From contig OZ287079.1 of assembly GCA_965645245.1 (NCBI GenBank), positions 1,550,001 through 1,614,000 of the forward strand: a stretch of 64,000 nucleotides of DNA, in the 5' to 3' direction. The DNA is from Massalongia carnosa (Eukaryota). Shown in pieces: positions 1 through 12,500 of the stretch. Numbering within the stretch: the first letter of the stretch is position 1; each line of letters opens with the position of its first letter. The position numbers and the translations under genes are program-made. The notes beneath the pieces are model-generated. The model searched no databases. It was given only the letters and a program-made list of their open reading frames with translations, and was not told the DNA's origin.

Positions 1-2575
1 TGAGCTCGGCGACTCGTTGCTTTTTAAGAGAAAGAAAGTCGGAAAAGCGGACGCTAGATAAGCGCTTGCGTTTGCTGAGCATGAGGGACGAATTGCTATT
101 CATGCTTCCACCGACAACTTCATGCTGGTACCCTTGAGGAGACGAGTCCATCATTTCATTAAAGTCGGCATGCATATGTGAAGAGGATTTCATAGATGTG
201 TTAGGTTGATCACCTGTTTTTTTGGTGTCGATAGCCATCGGATTATCGAACTCATCGCTAGGCTCTACTAATGTAGCGGCACCAGGGCTTGATGAAGAAT
301 CTGTTTTTGCCGGGTCGCAATGCGCGTTTTCCACCTCAAGTAACTCCTCTTCTTGTTTGTTTCCATGTGAAGGCGCTCCCAGACCGATGATCAATGTCAG
401 ATCGTCTAACTTCTGTTCAAGCTCGAGTATTCGTGCTCGATGTCTTTCTTTCTCCTGCTCAAGCTCGAGTGTTCGTGCTCGATGTCTTTCTTTCTCCTGT
501 TCAAGCTGACTTTGCACCTCAATAATTTGGATTCGGAATTGCTCTTCGAGTAGCTGAATATCTTGTGGCCAAAAGTCCAGTGAGTGATCCTCGCCGCGGG
601 GAGTTTTATGATCGAGGAATGAAGTGTCAAAAGGGTGAACTTCTTGCCGAGGAGATCCAAGTACTCTACTAGTACCTTCTGGCTCCGTGCCGGCCTTAAC
701 CATGGGTGGCTGAGTAAAGGTAGTCGAATCGAAGGTGCCCATGTTAGAGAACCGCTGGAGGACTTCAAAAAAGCTTAAAATATCTCCTCTAAAAGATTGG
801 GGATGTATTAGCAATGCTTGAACAAAATTGGATGCATTGTCGCTTACTTATCTCCAAGGGAGATATTGTTGATCGGAGGCGAGAGGAGGGTAAGTTGTAA
901 GTAAGGCAACTCGGACGACTCAAGCTGATAGCCACTCCGAAAGCTTGTAGGGTTAAAAGTGTTACCTAAGAACTCGAGTTGTTCACGGATCACCGGCGAC
1001 ACATGGTAAATTGCCAAAATGTCAGACTGCTACTTAAATGCTTAATTGCCTGTGTCCTCTGTCATTGTCGCGATTGACTCACTGGAAAAGAAAGTCTTTC
1101 CAGTTCGCTTGCAAACGAGTTGGATGCCTTGAGAACAAGACCTAGGCTAGAGGCTAGGGTGGATAGCTGTCTGGAAAACAATTTCTTGTCCCGTGGCGCA
1201 TCTAAGAAATCATTTAGTGTCTCAAAGACTTGGCGAAAAAGGTAGTTAGCCTTGCTGCTGAGCTGGCGAAGGCTTTCGAGCACGACATAGGGTGCCATAA
1301 TTTGCTCCTGCCAAGCGGAGTTTATGCTGCAGTGCCGTGGGTTACGGAGCAGCATCAGACATGACGCTAAGCGTTGGCAAAGCCGCTATCAAACCCTTAG
1401 CAGAGGCAGGACAATACCCTGCACTATCATCGAATCATACCTCAAAGATTTCTACATAACTTGTGTTATCGGAAATTGGCGAGTTAGGGTAGAGCATGTC
1501 AAGTATCTTGTCAGAAAACTGCGAGCAATCGTCAGAGATTGCCATATTCGCATACAGGCCTCGCAGGTCCAAGGAGTAGAAGTGCTCTATTTGCAATCTT
1601 CTGGGCGCCGACACTCCATTTTTCTCTTCCATGACAATATGTGTCTGGGTTTGGATATCAACCGGAGACGTCTCCGTTAGAACAGATTCAAGTGACTTGC
1701 CTGGGCCAGCGATGAGCGCTGCCGTGGCTTGAAATAATGATTCTAGAACATCAGCAACGTCTCAATATTGGGGATTCACTTCATCACCTACGATTGTCGA
1801 CAAGATCTGGCGTTTTGATCAAGCCTCTGCAATATTTCAATTTGCCCTTACACGACTGGCACGAAGTTTGGCCTTCGTCCGTAATACACTATGGAGACGA
1901 TCAGCATTGTCAGCACCCCAGGAGCTCGTCGATATACCTTGCGGTTGCATCGAAAGCATGAGATACAACTCCTCTTAGTATTCTCTTTTGCTGATTTTTG
2001 AATAGTATGAGTAGGATCATAGATCTCGAACTTGGTTTTCGGCAATGATTTCTGTTGATTGACGGGGGTGGAGAGGTGGTCCAGGCGGCTGGCAGCGGCT
2101 GGCGGACGGGGTACGAACCCTCTCGATAACATGGGGGGTACGCCATAGGGGTTTGTGTTCGACTATCGATAGAAAATTAGCCTTTTCATTGTGTTAGGAG
2201 AGCAACCCTAACCGTGCGAGGACCAAACTCGGGCCGTTGGGAGAGAAGATCCAGATTGCGCACGGCGGGAGACATACATACTGTAGATGAGTTGTGCGCC
2301 CGGTGCTGCGGAGAAACTTCATGTGCCTCACGCATAGCAGGAGAACCGAACCCTGCAGGCGGGTTGCCTTCATGAACGAATATAGAGCCTGAATCAGCTG
2401 GTGATGGATTTCCGTTTGGAAAGCCAACCAAAGTTGGATGACACTGTTCTTGGGGCATCGGTGATGTCGTATCAGGAGTCGAGACTAATGGATAGCCACA
2501 TGAAGTACATGTTGAGTCTTGATTGAAGAACGAATAATCCTCTAGGCACCATACGTTGACGCATCGATTAAACAT
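1..2575 (-). CDS. Multi-exon gene with a Zn(II)2Cys6-like cluster and a C-terminal coiled coil; 3' end runs off the window start
   Basis: ORFs 2186-2575, 1848-2132, 1435-1632 and 1062-1355 join in frame through GT-AG introns (2163-2212, 1889-1937 and later ones). Splicing 1889-1937 gives SCISCFRCNRKCITDEGQTSCQSCKGKLKYC (C-x2-C-x6-C-x8-C-x2-C-x6-C). A minus-strand frame over about 1-510 encodes LEQEKERHRAR repeats. Exons between about 510 and 1060 are not resolved. Confidence 0.55.
413..507. repeat. 42-bp coding tandem repeat, about 2.3 copies
   Basis: Unit ctg(t/c)tcaagctcgagt(a/g)ttcgtgctcgatgtctttctttctc starts at 413 and 455, with a partial copy at 497. Confidence 0.9.
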
Positions 2576-3801
2576 TGAAACAGTTGAAAGCGTCGAGACG
2601 AAGCAACGCGATAATGATCAGTAGCATGCAGTTCTATATAGAAATGCAGAAGCGGAGGTGATCGGAGGAAACAGCATGTTAATGAATGACCGTTTTCCTT
2701 TGCATAATACGAGAGAGAATGTAGAAGCAACGCGTTTGCGATCAGCGGTACTGCCCCGGAGTTTGTAGTAGTGGGGTAAAATGGAAAGACATAAAGGAAA
2801 AAGTAACAAAAGTAGAGTTAACGGAAACCGGAGAGGTACATACACTGTACATGGGTAGATTTATTCAGACCGCATCCGATTTATTTATAAGCTGGCTGCA
2901 AGCATGTTTTCAATCAGCTTGATTAGTTCGAATAAACTCTACATAAAAAATAATGCATTTGTCTCTAATGAAGCAGACATGCTAAAGGAGAGGCACAAAG
3001 CTAACTAGATTCGGCCTGAAGTCATTAATACAGAGAAAGAATGTATTGATCCAGATCTGGTTAGCCTAGCATGTTAAATAAACAGTTGACGGTGACCGCT
3101 TGTTACACATTATGGATGCATGGATGAAAGTACTGGTTCTTACCACAAATCCCTAGGAAAATCTCCTGATATGGAATTCAGGGGTTGGTTGGCCTGTGCT
3201 GTATGTACAACTACAGGTCAGGTGCTAAGTTTCCGACAAGTGTGGCTAACGCGCACTGCAGGGTCCACGAGATTCCATTCAAATTCAGTATAGTATGGGG
3301 ATGGATTAGCATCGCATTCGTGAAGGTCCGCTCCATTACGGATGACGTATTCCGTCGGATGTCGGACCCCTCCTAATTCGAGATGAGTCCTGATCACTTG
3401 AGTGACGGACTACGATGAAAGGAGCGAAGTTCTCGTGTGGAACTCCGCTGAGTGACTGGGTGGACGGGGAAGTTTCGCGTCCTGCTGGGAACTACGAGCA
3501 AAGATAGAAATAACTGAGGGGACTATCCCGATCATTCCTTGAAGAATTGTTATTTTATATCAAGTCCATCCTACAATTTCTCTCTGTTCTTCATCTCTCT
3601 CTCTCCTCTCTCGTTAATAACAATTGTAGAGTGTATCTGTTCGTAAATACTTCGCATACGGTGGCACGCTTTTTCTGTCTTTCCTGCTCTTGCACACAGC
3701 TTGCTAGCATCTGTTCCATACTTTACAAACAAATCGAGTGATCCAAATCGATATAGATATCATTAAGTCTTATTGCGGCGTCTTTGCATAGATCATACAG
3801 C

Positions 3802-4114
3802 ATGTCGTCAGTTTCTTAGAGTCCTCCTTTATTACTATTTCATAACATCTTATAGTCCTCTCAAAAACAACGATCCAATTCAGGCTTCATCCGCCACATC
3901 GCAGCCTGCCGCAAATTCTCCCAGCTACCCTCGCGCCCTCGAAGTCCACCTAGAGGAATACGACCCCTATAAAGCTTTCCTTGTGAATGGCAGTGATGAA
4001 AGCCTTAATAGAGCCAAAACCATGAGTCAAACACTACGAGGTTGGGAGGAGATATGGAATCGAACTAATGATGGGGCACGTGGAGCTCAAGGTGAGTTGG
4101 GGTTTGTTCCCTGA
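3802..4114 (+). CDS. Small hypothetical protein, one intron
   Basis: ATG at 3802; putative intron gtcagt...ttatag (3807-3855) splices in frame into ORF 3773-4114 (MSPLKNNDPIQ...GELGFVP). Confidence 0.35.
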
Positions 4115-5165
4115 CTTTTGGCTACATGGTTGACGTCGATACAGGAGAACCGAAGATCTGAGACACCAGCCCATGCCGTGATATAGTCTAGATGTGGAAT
4201 TAATGGGTAGCGATTCTTAAGGGGGGGGGGTTCCTTGGATGAAAAAGCATTGTTGGTAGCGGGAATGCACAACAATAGGGCACTGATATAGGAGAGTTTG
4301 GACACTGCTAGCGAGTTGTACGGATAGAGATTTCTTCACGGGTGGTACAAGGCTGGAACTTAACTTTGCTCAAACTATTTATGGTCTGCCTGCATATTCC
4401 TTGGCCGGTTTTATTGAGCAGAATCTACTTTCTCAACTATCATCTACTTAGAATCTCTAGGAAGAATGTAGGATTCCATGGTACGATCTATTCTTATGTG
4501 CTCCAAATACTGCTAGTTACTCCATAACTCAATAAGTTTACCACGCGTGATCTTTATATGTAAACCATTGTCAAGATATTTCAACGAGGTTTTAAATTAG
4601 TGTCAATCAGTAACACGAGCATTGAATGAGTACACACGGTTCTTGTATCATTACAATCGTTCTTCCTTCCCTTGGTATTTCAGAACGGTGCCCAAAGGTT
4701 CGATAGTCCCGCTATAATAAAACCGGAGATCAACAGGGCCAAATCATCGATTCAGTCATCAAAAGTAGCAATCGAGGTCGACAAAGAAGAGGATAAAGAA
4801 ACCAAGAAAATCATGTCTTGAGCCAGCAATCTGGTTACTGATAGATGCAAGCATATGAAGAACCAACAGAAAATAAAGCTACTATCCTACCATTAAGCTA
4901 ACGCTAAACCTATTAAGATAATAACTGAATTGAGGTAACTACGGAACGGGATTCGAATCAAGAGTCAGCGATGAGACCTCAAGTGTGTTAGCGCTGTCAG
5001 AAAACTCTACCATTAGGCTAGCGCTGACAGGAATCGAACCTATTATGATAAAATGAATTGAGGCAATTGTCCAGCGCCTGCCTAAAACTCCAGGGGTAGT
5101 TTGTTTTCTACATGAAGTAGCTGAGCTAGCGCCGTGTTGGAGGGAACATGTATGAAATGAAGGTA

Positions 5166-7508
5166 ACGTAATTCACTAGTCAACGGGACAAACCGCTCAA
5201 CGGGACTAAGAAAATCCGAAAATATCAATATTTGGACTATCTTACATGTTGAAGCCTTTTCATCATACATTTTCCATACAAAAGTAGCTTCAAATAATAA
5301 AACTAATCAATATCATCTTATTAAACAGTATAATCATGGCTGTTTGTAAAAAATCCACCTCTAAAAAAACCTCCAAGCTTCCTTCTTCCCACCCCACCTC
5401 CGCGTATCAACAACGATTACAATCAGCTTTTCTGGCCTGGAAACAGACCGACAAGACTCTTTCCATCACGAAGGCAGCTGCTCTGTATGGCGTTTCAAAG
5501 TCCACCCTTCATGCTCGCATTCAGGGTCGTCAACCACGATTTTCATCCGATCAAGTCAGACAGCTGTTGACACCTGAAGAAGAGGACGCTTTGAAGGACT
5601 GTGTTTTACAATTGTACGCCTGGGGCTGGCCTGCTAAAGTCGCTCAATTGCGTCAAATGGCCATCGAATTATTGCGAGCAAGGGGAAGTCATACTGCCCT
5701 GGGAGTTAATTGGCAACAGCATTTTTTACATCGTCATCCCGATTTGCAGGCCAAATATAGTCGCACATTGGATCAGGAACGATTATTTGCGGAGAACGAA
5801 GAGATTTTTAAACATTGGTTCGAGCTTTTTCTTTCCGTCAAACAAAAACACGGAATTCTTGATGAAGACATCTACAATATGGATGAAAAAGGGTTCATGA
5901 TAGGGGTGGCCGCTAGTGCTAAAGTGGTAATACCTAAGCACGAAAAGCAGGCCTTTTCAGCACAATCAGGTAATCGAGAATGGGTGTCATTAATCGAGGC
6001 CATTTCTGCTACTGGACGCAGTCTACCCCTCTTCGTCATTTTCAAAGGGGTAAACAAACTAAAGGCCTGGTTTGATGTTCTGGAAGATATTCACAGCGAA
6101 ATTGCCACCAGTGAAAACGGATGGACAGATAACGAACTAGGTGTCGATTGGTTGAAAAGATGTTTTGAACCTGCTACTGCAAAATATTTACATGGTGATT
6201 ATCGACTTCTGATGGTAGACGGTCATGCTTCTCATATTTCTACTGAATTTATCAAGTTTTGCAATGAAAAGAAAATAATTCCTCTATGTCTACCTCCTCA
6301 TACTACACATTTACTACAACCTCTAGACGTGAGCGTTTTCGGTCCCCTGTCTCGGGAGTATAAAAAACAACTGGAGGCCGTCACTCGATTCAACGTTTGT
6401 TCGATTGACAAGGTGGACTTTTTGAAGATCATACAAAAAGCAAGAAAAGAAGCAATCAACACAAAAAACGTGCTCACTGCGTGGAGAGTCACCGGATTAG
6501 TGCCATACAATCCTTCTCTAGTTCTTCAGAAACTCTCTAATAAACAATCGGTATTGCGAAAGACTGACAGCATAATTACCACTACCATCACCACCACTAC
6601 CACCACCACTACCACCACCACTACTTCTACTTTTACGAATGTCGGAATTGATCCGGAGACCACGTCGGTCTCTGACCCTGACACTCCGATAATTCAGAGT
6701 TCTCAGAAAGCTGTCATCGAGGTGGAAAAGACACCTGCAAATATCGATCAATTAGATCAATTGATTCGTCGAATTCGATCTGATGAGAATTCAGACTCGA
6801 CACCCGCCCGAGCGCTAAACAAATTGATAAAGGGGGCCAAATACGCCTTTGCCGACTCTACCTTGCTACGAATTACCAACAACGAGCTTCTTCAGGCCAA
6901 TTTACGGCGGCATCATCGAGCCAATCGTAGCGGGGCTCACTATGGTGGAAAGTCTCGAGTCCTGAGCCTCGAAGACTTTCAACAAAGACAGCAATGGGCT
7001 AAAACTCAACAGAAGGTGAAGGATGACAAAAAGAAGGCCGCTCAGTTGAAACGAGCGGAGCAGGATCTTATCAAAACCTTCAGAGAAATGTGTCGATTTG
7101 GGCCTGATTTACTAGGACAAACGTCTACATCCCCTACGAAAAGTCCTCAAAAATTTCCCTGTAATTCACAAAGAAGGCCTGTAAGTCCTTCAAAAGAATG
7201 TTTGTTACCCCCCTTCATGCTTCATCCAATCACGGAGGTGACAGAGACGGTGGAAGGGGCAAAGGAGGTGGTGGAGGTGGTTGAGGTGGTGAAGGAGGTT
7301 CAAACTACCAGACGGGGTCGTATTGTTCGTCCACCACGTAAAATGTGATTGTTTTAGTAAACTTACATGCAGATGATCATCATTTTTACAATTATTAGAC
7401 ATTGAAGCCGAAACTGTATGTAAAATGGGTGGGAGGGAGGCTTCAAGAATTAAGCGAAATTTAGTTAGTCCCGTTGAGCGGTTTATCCCGTTAACTAGTA
7501 AATTACGT
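5166..7508 (+). mobile_element. Fot1/pogo-like DNA transposon, full length
   Basis: 44-bp TIRs at 5166-5209 (acgtaattcactagtcaacgggac...) and 7465-7508 with 3 mismatches; TA on both sides (5164-65, 7509-10). Confidence 0.95.
5336..7348 (+). CDS. Fot1/pogo-family DDD transposase, intact 670 aa
   Basis: HTH (SITKAAALYGVSKSTL), CENP-B-like region, catalytic motifs YNMDEKG, VDGHASH, QPLDV. Confidence 0.95.
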   Translation: MAVCKKSTSKKTSKLPSSHPTSAYQQRLQSAFLAWKQTDKTLSITKAAALYGVSKSTLHARIQGRQPRFSSDQVRQLLTPEEEDALKDCVLQLYAWGWPAKVAQLRQMAIELLRARGSHTALGVNWQQHFLHRHPDLQAKYSRTLDQERLFAENEEIFKHWFELFLSVKQKHGILDEDIYNMDEKGFMIGVAASAKVVIPKHEKQAFSAQSGNREWVSLIEAISATGRSLPLFVIFKGVNKLKAWFDVLEDIHSEIATSENGWTDNELGVDWLKRCFEPATAKYLHGDYRLLMVDGHASHISTEFIKFCNEKKIIPLCLPPHTTHLLQPLDVSVFGPLSREYKKQLEAVTRFNVCSIDKVDFLKIIQKARKEAINTKNVLTAWRVTGLVPYNPSLVLQKLSNKQSVLRKTDSIITTTITTTTTTTTTTTTSTFTNVGIDPETTSVSDPDTPIIQSSQKAVIEVEKTPANIDQLDQLIRRIRSDENSDSTPARALNKLIKGAKYAFADSTLLRITNNELLQANLRRHHRANRSGAHYGGKSRVLSLEDFQQRQQWAKTQQKVKDDKKKAAQLKRAEQDLIKTFREMCRFGPDLLGQTSTSPTKSPQKFPCNSQRRPVSPSKECLLPPFMLHPITEVTETVEGAKEVVEVVEVVKEVQTTRRGRIVRPPRKM

Positions 7509-7510
7509 TA

Positions 7511-9444
7511 ACCGTGCGACCGAGGTAAATCCGATGGACCGCACCCGGAGCTACGCTCCAGGTGCGGCTCACCTCCATGACGCTATCATCTCCATGACGC
7601 ATTCCTCAAACTATTTACATTATATCCATTGATTGACCCTTTCAAAATCAAAATCAAAGGCTGACGTTCATCTATCCAGCTTTCGGCCTTTTTACCCACC
7701 AAGCCAAACCGTTTAGCTATCGCTTTTCCATAGAGAAATATTTTCTTTTGTCTAGCCGTCTCAGCACGCTTTTGACGACCCTCCTCCCTTTCCACCTCTT
7801 CTTGGGTACGATGTAGGTGATTATGCCTCACATCTCGAACGGTAACGATTCCTCCCTTCTGAACAACGGTGCCAGCAAGCTTTTTTCGGGCCCTTTTAGC
7901 TAATGCAGCTGTGTGTGTGGCTTGCAAGTCGCGTTGCGTCAATTCTAGTAAATTAGCGTTTGCAACCGACCCTTTGATAAAACGTCGCATTCTTTCTGGA
8001 GTAATTTCTTCATTATTATTCATTCGCTGAATAACGTTTTCCCCTTCCTTAGCAACGTCTTTGGGCTTTTTGGGGGTATGAGGTAGGATTATTGTCTCCG
8101 AAGATGATATTGGTAGTGTGGGTAATGCCGGATTTAAAGCACGAATTTTGGTCAAGACTACCTCCGGATTGTAAGGTATCAACCCAGTTTTTTCCCAGGC
8201 TGATTTGATAGTAGATGATTTGAATGCCTTTGTACGAAATTGATTGAATGCGGCCAGAAAATCCAGACGATTGAAGTCAACGTCACCCTACCGAATGGCG
8301 TTGTCAACCGCTTCAGCATGATAATGTTTCATTGGCTGAAAAACACCAACGTCCAATGGCTGCGTCAAATGGGTTGAATGGGGGGGTAATCTGAATAAAC
8401 AGATCTTATTTTCTTTCGAATATTCCCAAAATTCATACGTTAGATGAGATCCATATCCATCCAACAAAAGAAGCCTAAACGCTCCTTTTTGAACCTTTTT
8501 TGAATGAGCATTAAAATGCTTTAACCACTCTAATGCTAGACAATCATTCGAATAGCCGCTATCGCTTGTAGTCAACACGATATCATCTTTCAAATCATTC
8601 TCTAAGGCCCATTTGTGAAGTATGTTGACCCCTTTCAAAATCAAAAAGGATGGAACGCTTCCGCCAACTCCATTGATGCATTCGACCGAAGTTATATAGT
8701 CTCGATTGTCTGGATCAGCGATCATAATGCGTTTATGTGATGATAGTGTTACCACCAAATGGGTTGCCCCACAGCCAACTCGAAAGCCTGTCTCATCCAT
8801 ATTCCATATATCATCTGGAGTTATACCAAGAAGGGCTACTGTCGATTGAAATGAAGAGAAATAAGTTTGAATATCCGTAACATTGTGAGCGTTTTTCCTT
8901 TCGGCTGCTAATGGCTTGCCTTTTTGCACGAAAAATTGGGGATTTCTTTTCAAGAATCGTCCGGTCCAGCATTTTCCTACGCGGGTGAGAGAAGATGAAG
9001 ACGAGGAAGGATGTTGCAATTGCAATAAATAATTAGCTGCACCGCGAATCAATGGCAATCTCATTGATAATTCAATATCATCAAGAAATTCAATATACTC
9101 CTTCAGGGCTAGTTCTTGTGCAGCAGACAGCCTCATATTGACTGCTTTTCGCTTGCTATATCCATGTAGTGTTCTTTGAAATAGACGAGGTGAAATATCG
9201 AATTCTTTGGCACAGGCTGCGGCTGATTTTTATGTGTTCTTTGCAAATGCATCTAAGGCCTTTGCAATGTTAGCCTCTCGTTTCTTGTACGAATCAGACA
9301 TGATGTGGTTGAATAATAAATGGTTGATGATAGATGATAGAAATTTTTAAAAATGCGTCATGGGGATGATAGCGTCATGGAGGTGAGCCGCACCTGGAGC
9401 GTAGCTCCGGGTGCGGTCCATCGGATTTACCTCGGTCGCACGGT
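7511..9444 (-). mobile_element. Second Fot1/pogo-like DNA transposon (different family)
   Basis: 93-bp TIRs at 7511-7603 and 9352-9444 with 1 mismatch; TA at 7509-10 and 9445-46. Confidence 0.95.
7586..9301 (-). pseudogene. Fot1/pogo transposase with two in-frame stop codons
   Basis: One frame from ATG 9301 (MSDSYKKREANI...) to 7586, broken by TAA (9230-32) and TAG (8288-90). Motifs WNMDETG, LLDGYGSH, QPLDVG. Confidence 0.92.
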
Positions 9445-9550
9445 TACCCCCACCGAAGTAAGTAAATCAAAGCGATACTATCCTCATCATCTGGTTTTAT
9501 GTGACGCTAACCTGAATAGGAAATATACACACTTCTAGGCCTCGCTAGTA

Positions 9551-12500
9551 CGAAGGATGACGCTGAAAGTCCTTGCTAGCGTACATGAGACGTGCATTAG
9601 TGTTTATTAGCTTACAAGAGGAATATAGTACTAAAATAGTCGAGAAAATCTCGAATTGCTTCTGTTCTCGTCGTCAAAAAGACAGCAATACTACATCTGA
9701 TATTCAGTAGAAGGTTTTAATCATCATCATTATCATGCCCAATGTACAGAGCAATAGTCTCACGCTTGCACAAAGAATACAGGCTTTAGCGCTTGTAGAA
9801 CACGGAATTGCGGCGAAAATCGTGCAAGCAGTGACTTGAGTCTCCACAAGATCGATTTCAGCTCTCAAAATCAAAGCACGACAGCGTGGATATGATCCAG
9901 CTGTATCTCGTATTTTAAAAGTAGAATATATAGAAGATGCACCTCGTTCAGGACGACTTAAAAAGGTTACACCAGAGGTAGAGCAAGCTATATTGAATAA
10001 TGTAGTGTAAGATCTGTGACGAAGCGAGATAGTGAATAGATTTCTACCATTGCGCCACCTGTCCTTCCCGACCAATACTTAGTCCGCAGACCAAGCTCTA
10101 TTCTACTATAACTGGGACTCCTGCTATGTTCGCTGAGATCTTTACTAGTAAACAGCCACTTTAATACTCATCCAGGGTGCGTACAAGCTAACAGTTACAC
10201 TACGTATTAATAATGTTGCTGTTACTGACTAAGTGTATTCAACACCTACAAATCTACCTATTGCGATGACTTCAACTCCAAAAACTCGTCAGCCAATTTC
10301 GATACATCATCTTTTCTAGGCTTCATGGTTTTAGCCACCTTTCTCATCGCCGTTTCCTTTCTCGCTTGAGCCCTAGCCTGTTTGACTGATTTCTCGACTC
10401 TTTGCTGGAATTCCAACTCCAACTGAGCCTTTGATTTCTTCGCCACACCCCGAGACCTTCGCGTTGTTGCAGAGGAAGTAGGGAGAATTTGACTGGCGCG
10501 CACGTTTTGGCTAAGACTATAAAGAGATGGAGGCGGCGCTGCCTGAGGTAGGGCTTTTTGACTATGCTTGGCAAGCACATCGTCAATATCTTCGAGCGAA
10601 TCCGACGAGGCTTCTGATGTAAGAATAAAATCATTATCGTCATCCGAAGGAAGCATAGGATCCATAGAACGACCGAGAATGGGCTGAGTGCTTATATACT
10701 GCACCTCGTCATCGTCGTCGGAGACGATAGACGCGTTTTCGATTCTCTCCATAACTAAGTTTTCTACTAAACCTATTGTACCCAATATTAGCCGACCCGA
10801 GCGCAATAACTTTGCAACATCGTGAATTTTACCTTCTCTTTCACCTTCAACCTCGTCGTCGCCCCCAGCACGCAATCTATTATATCTAAGCCTCCTCCCT
10901 TGTTCAATAGAGTCCCTTCGCCTAGTACGTCGCTGTTCAGTTTCTCTAGCCTCAGCTATCTCGCGACCAGTGTAGGCACGTCGACGACTCCCTCCTTTCT
11001 TATAAATGAGGTTTTCTTTGGGCCGAATTTCGTCGGGGAATGTGGTGGGGATGAGAGGTCTTACCAGCTCCTTCTTTTGCCATTTCTTATTGAACTTTTC
11101 AACGATGTGAGCATGCTCGCGAGCGTACTCCTCCCTTCGATGAGAATCTTCTATTGATTGATGCAGGTCAATAGATTGATATGCCACAGAATGTAGCAAA
11201 TCAAGGCCCCCGCGGCGAAATCTATCCTCACTCAACACGCCTTCTTCGAGCTCGACCTCATCCTTATCCGCCTCAATCTCTCCCGTGCCTTCGACCTCAT
11301 CGACGATCTTTTCGACCTCGGGCTCCGAGCCGCGAGCGAAATCGAAGGTCATTTGCCAAGAGACCGCATAAGGTGGGCCATCAAAAAACTAGCGGGGGTG
11401 GATGAGGGAAACGGGAATAGGGACCGAGTCGATGATGCATTTATACAACCAGCATTTGCATAGGAGACCCTACCTTAAAGGCAATTCACAATCATAAACA
11501 CAGCTTCCACCATCAGGGACAATAGAAAGGATTCGTTCAGCTAATGATTTGGCGGCATCGAGTTCTCTTGAAACGAGGCCAATGGCATGATGCGTAATTT
11601 TCCCAATGAGTAGCGTAAAAGCATTTCTATCGATCAATCTAGGATTGCGTATTCGCTGTTGATTGCACAAAATCTCCTGATCTAATTGTTTTTTCCGCAC
11701 CTCATCACATATTTTCTGCACCGATTTTCTTATAGGCAAGGGCAAATGGTAAGTGAGGGTGAGGGTGAGGGTATGCTTTATTAGTAGCAATAACACGTCA
11801 TACGATTTAAACCGAAAAGAGTTTAATGTGCTGTTGGCAGTTGCATACTAGCTTGTACGCATCCTGGATGAGTATTAAAGTGGCTGTTTACTAGTAAAGA
11901 TCTACACAGGGGGACGGTTGGGGGGGGACTGTCCCTAAGCATCTCGGAAAGGATGCTCCGAGTTTTTGTTTTGGGGCTGTTTTTCGTACGATAAGAAAGA
12001 ACCTTTTCATATCTGAAAAACAGAGACCGCAAAAGAGAAAAGAGAGGCTCAAATTGAGTTAGATAAACTCAATAAGACTTTAGAATCAGAAGCTAAAGAG
12101 GATTGGGAGTTAGAAACAAGCATGAGACGAATGAAGCTACGTAATCCAGGAGGTCGAAAACCTATCTGGAAATGGGATAAAACACACGGTAAAGTCGTTC
12201 GAGATGGCAAGGGAGGAGTAGACTGATATCGTTATGAAAAACTCGTCTTAATTCCTAAGCTTCTTCCGTTTGCAAAAGAATGTATGATAGATCGACCAAA
12301 CACTATCGTACAGGAAGACAAGGCCCCCAGTCACGCATCCAAACATCAAAATCTGATCTTTATGGATTTCAACGTCATGCGTCTGTTATGGCCTAGAAAT
12401 TCTCCTGATCTGAACATGATCGAGCCTTGCTGGTTCTGGATGAAGCGAAGAACAATTCGATTAGGTGCTCCGAGGACTCGTATTGAGGCTGAAAAGGCCT

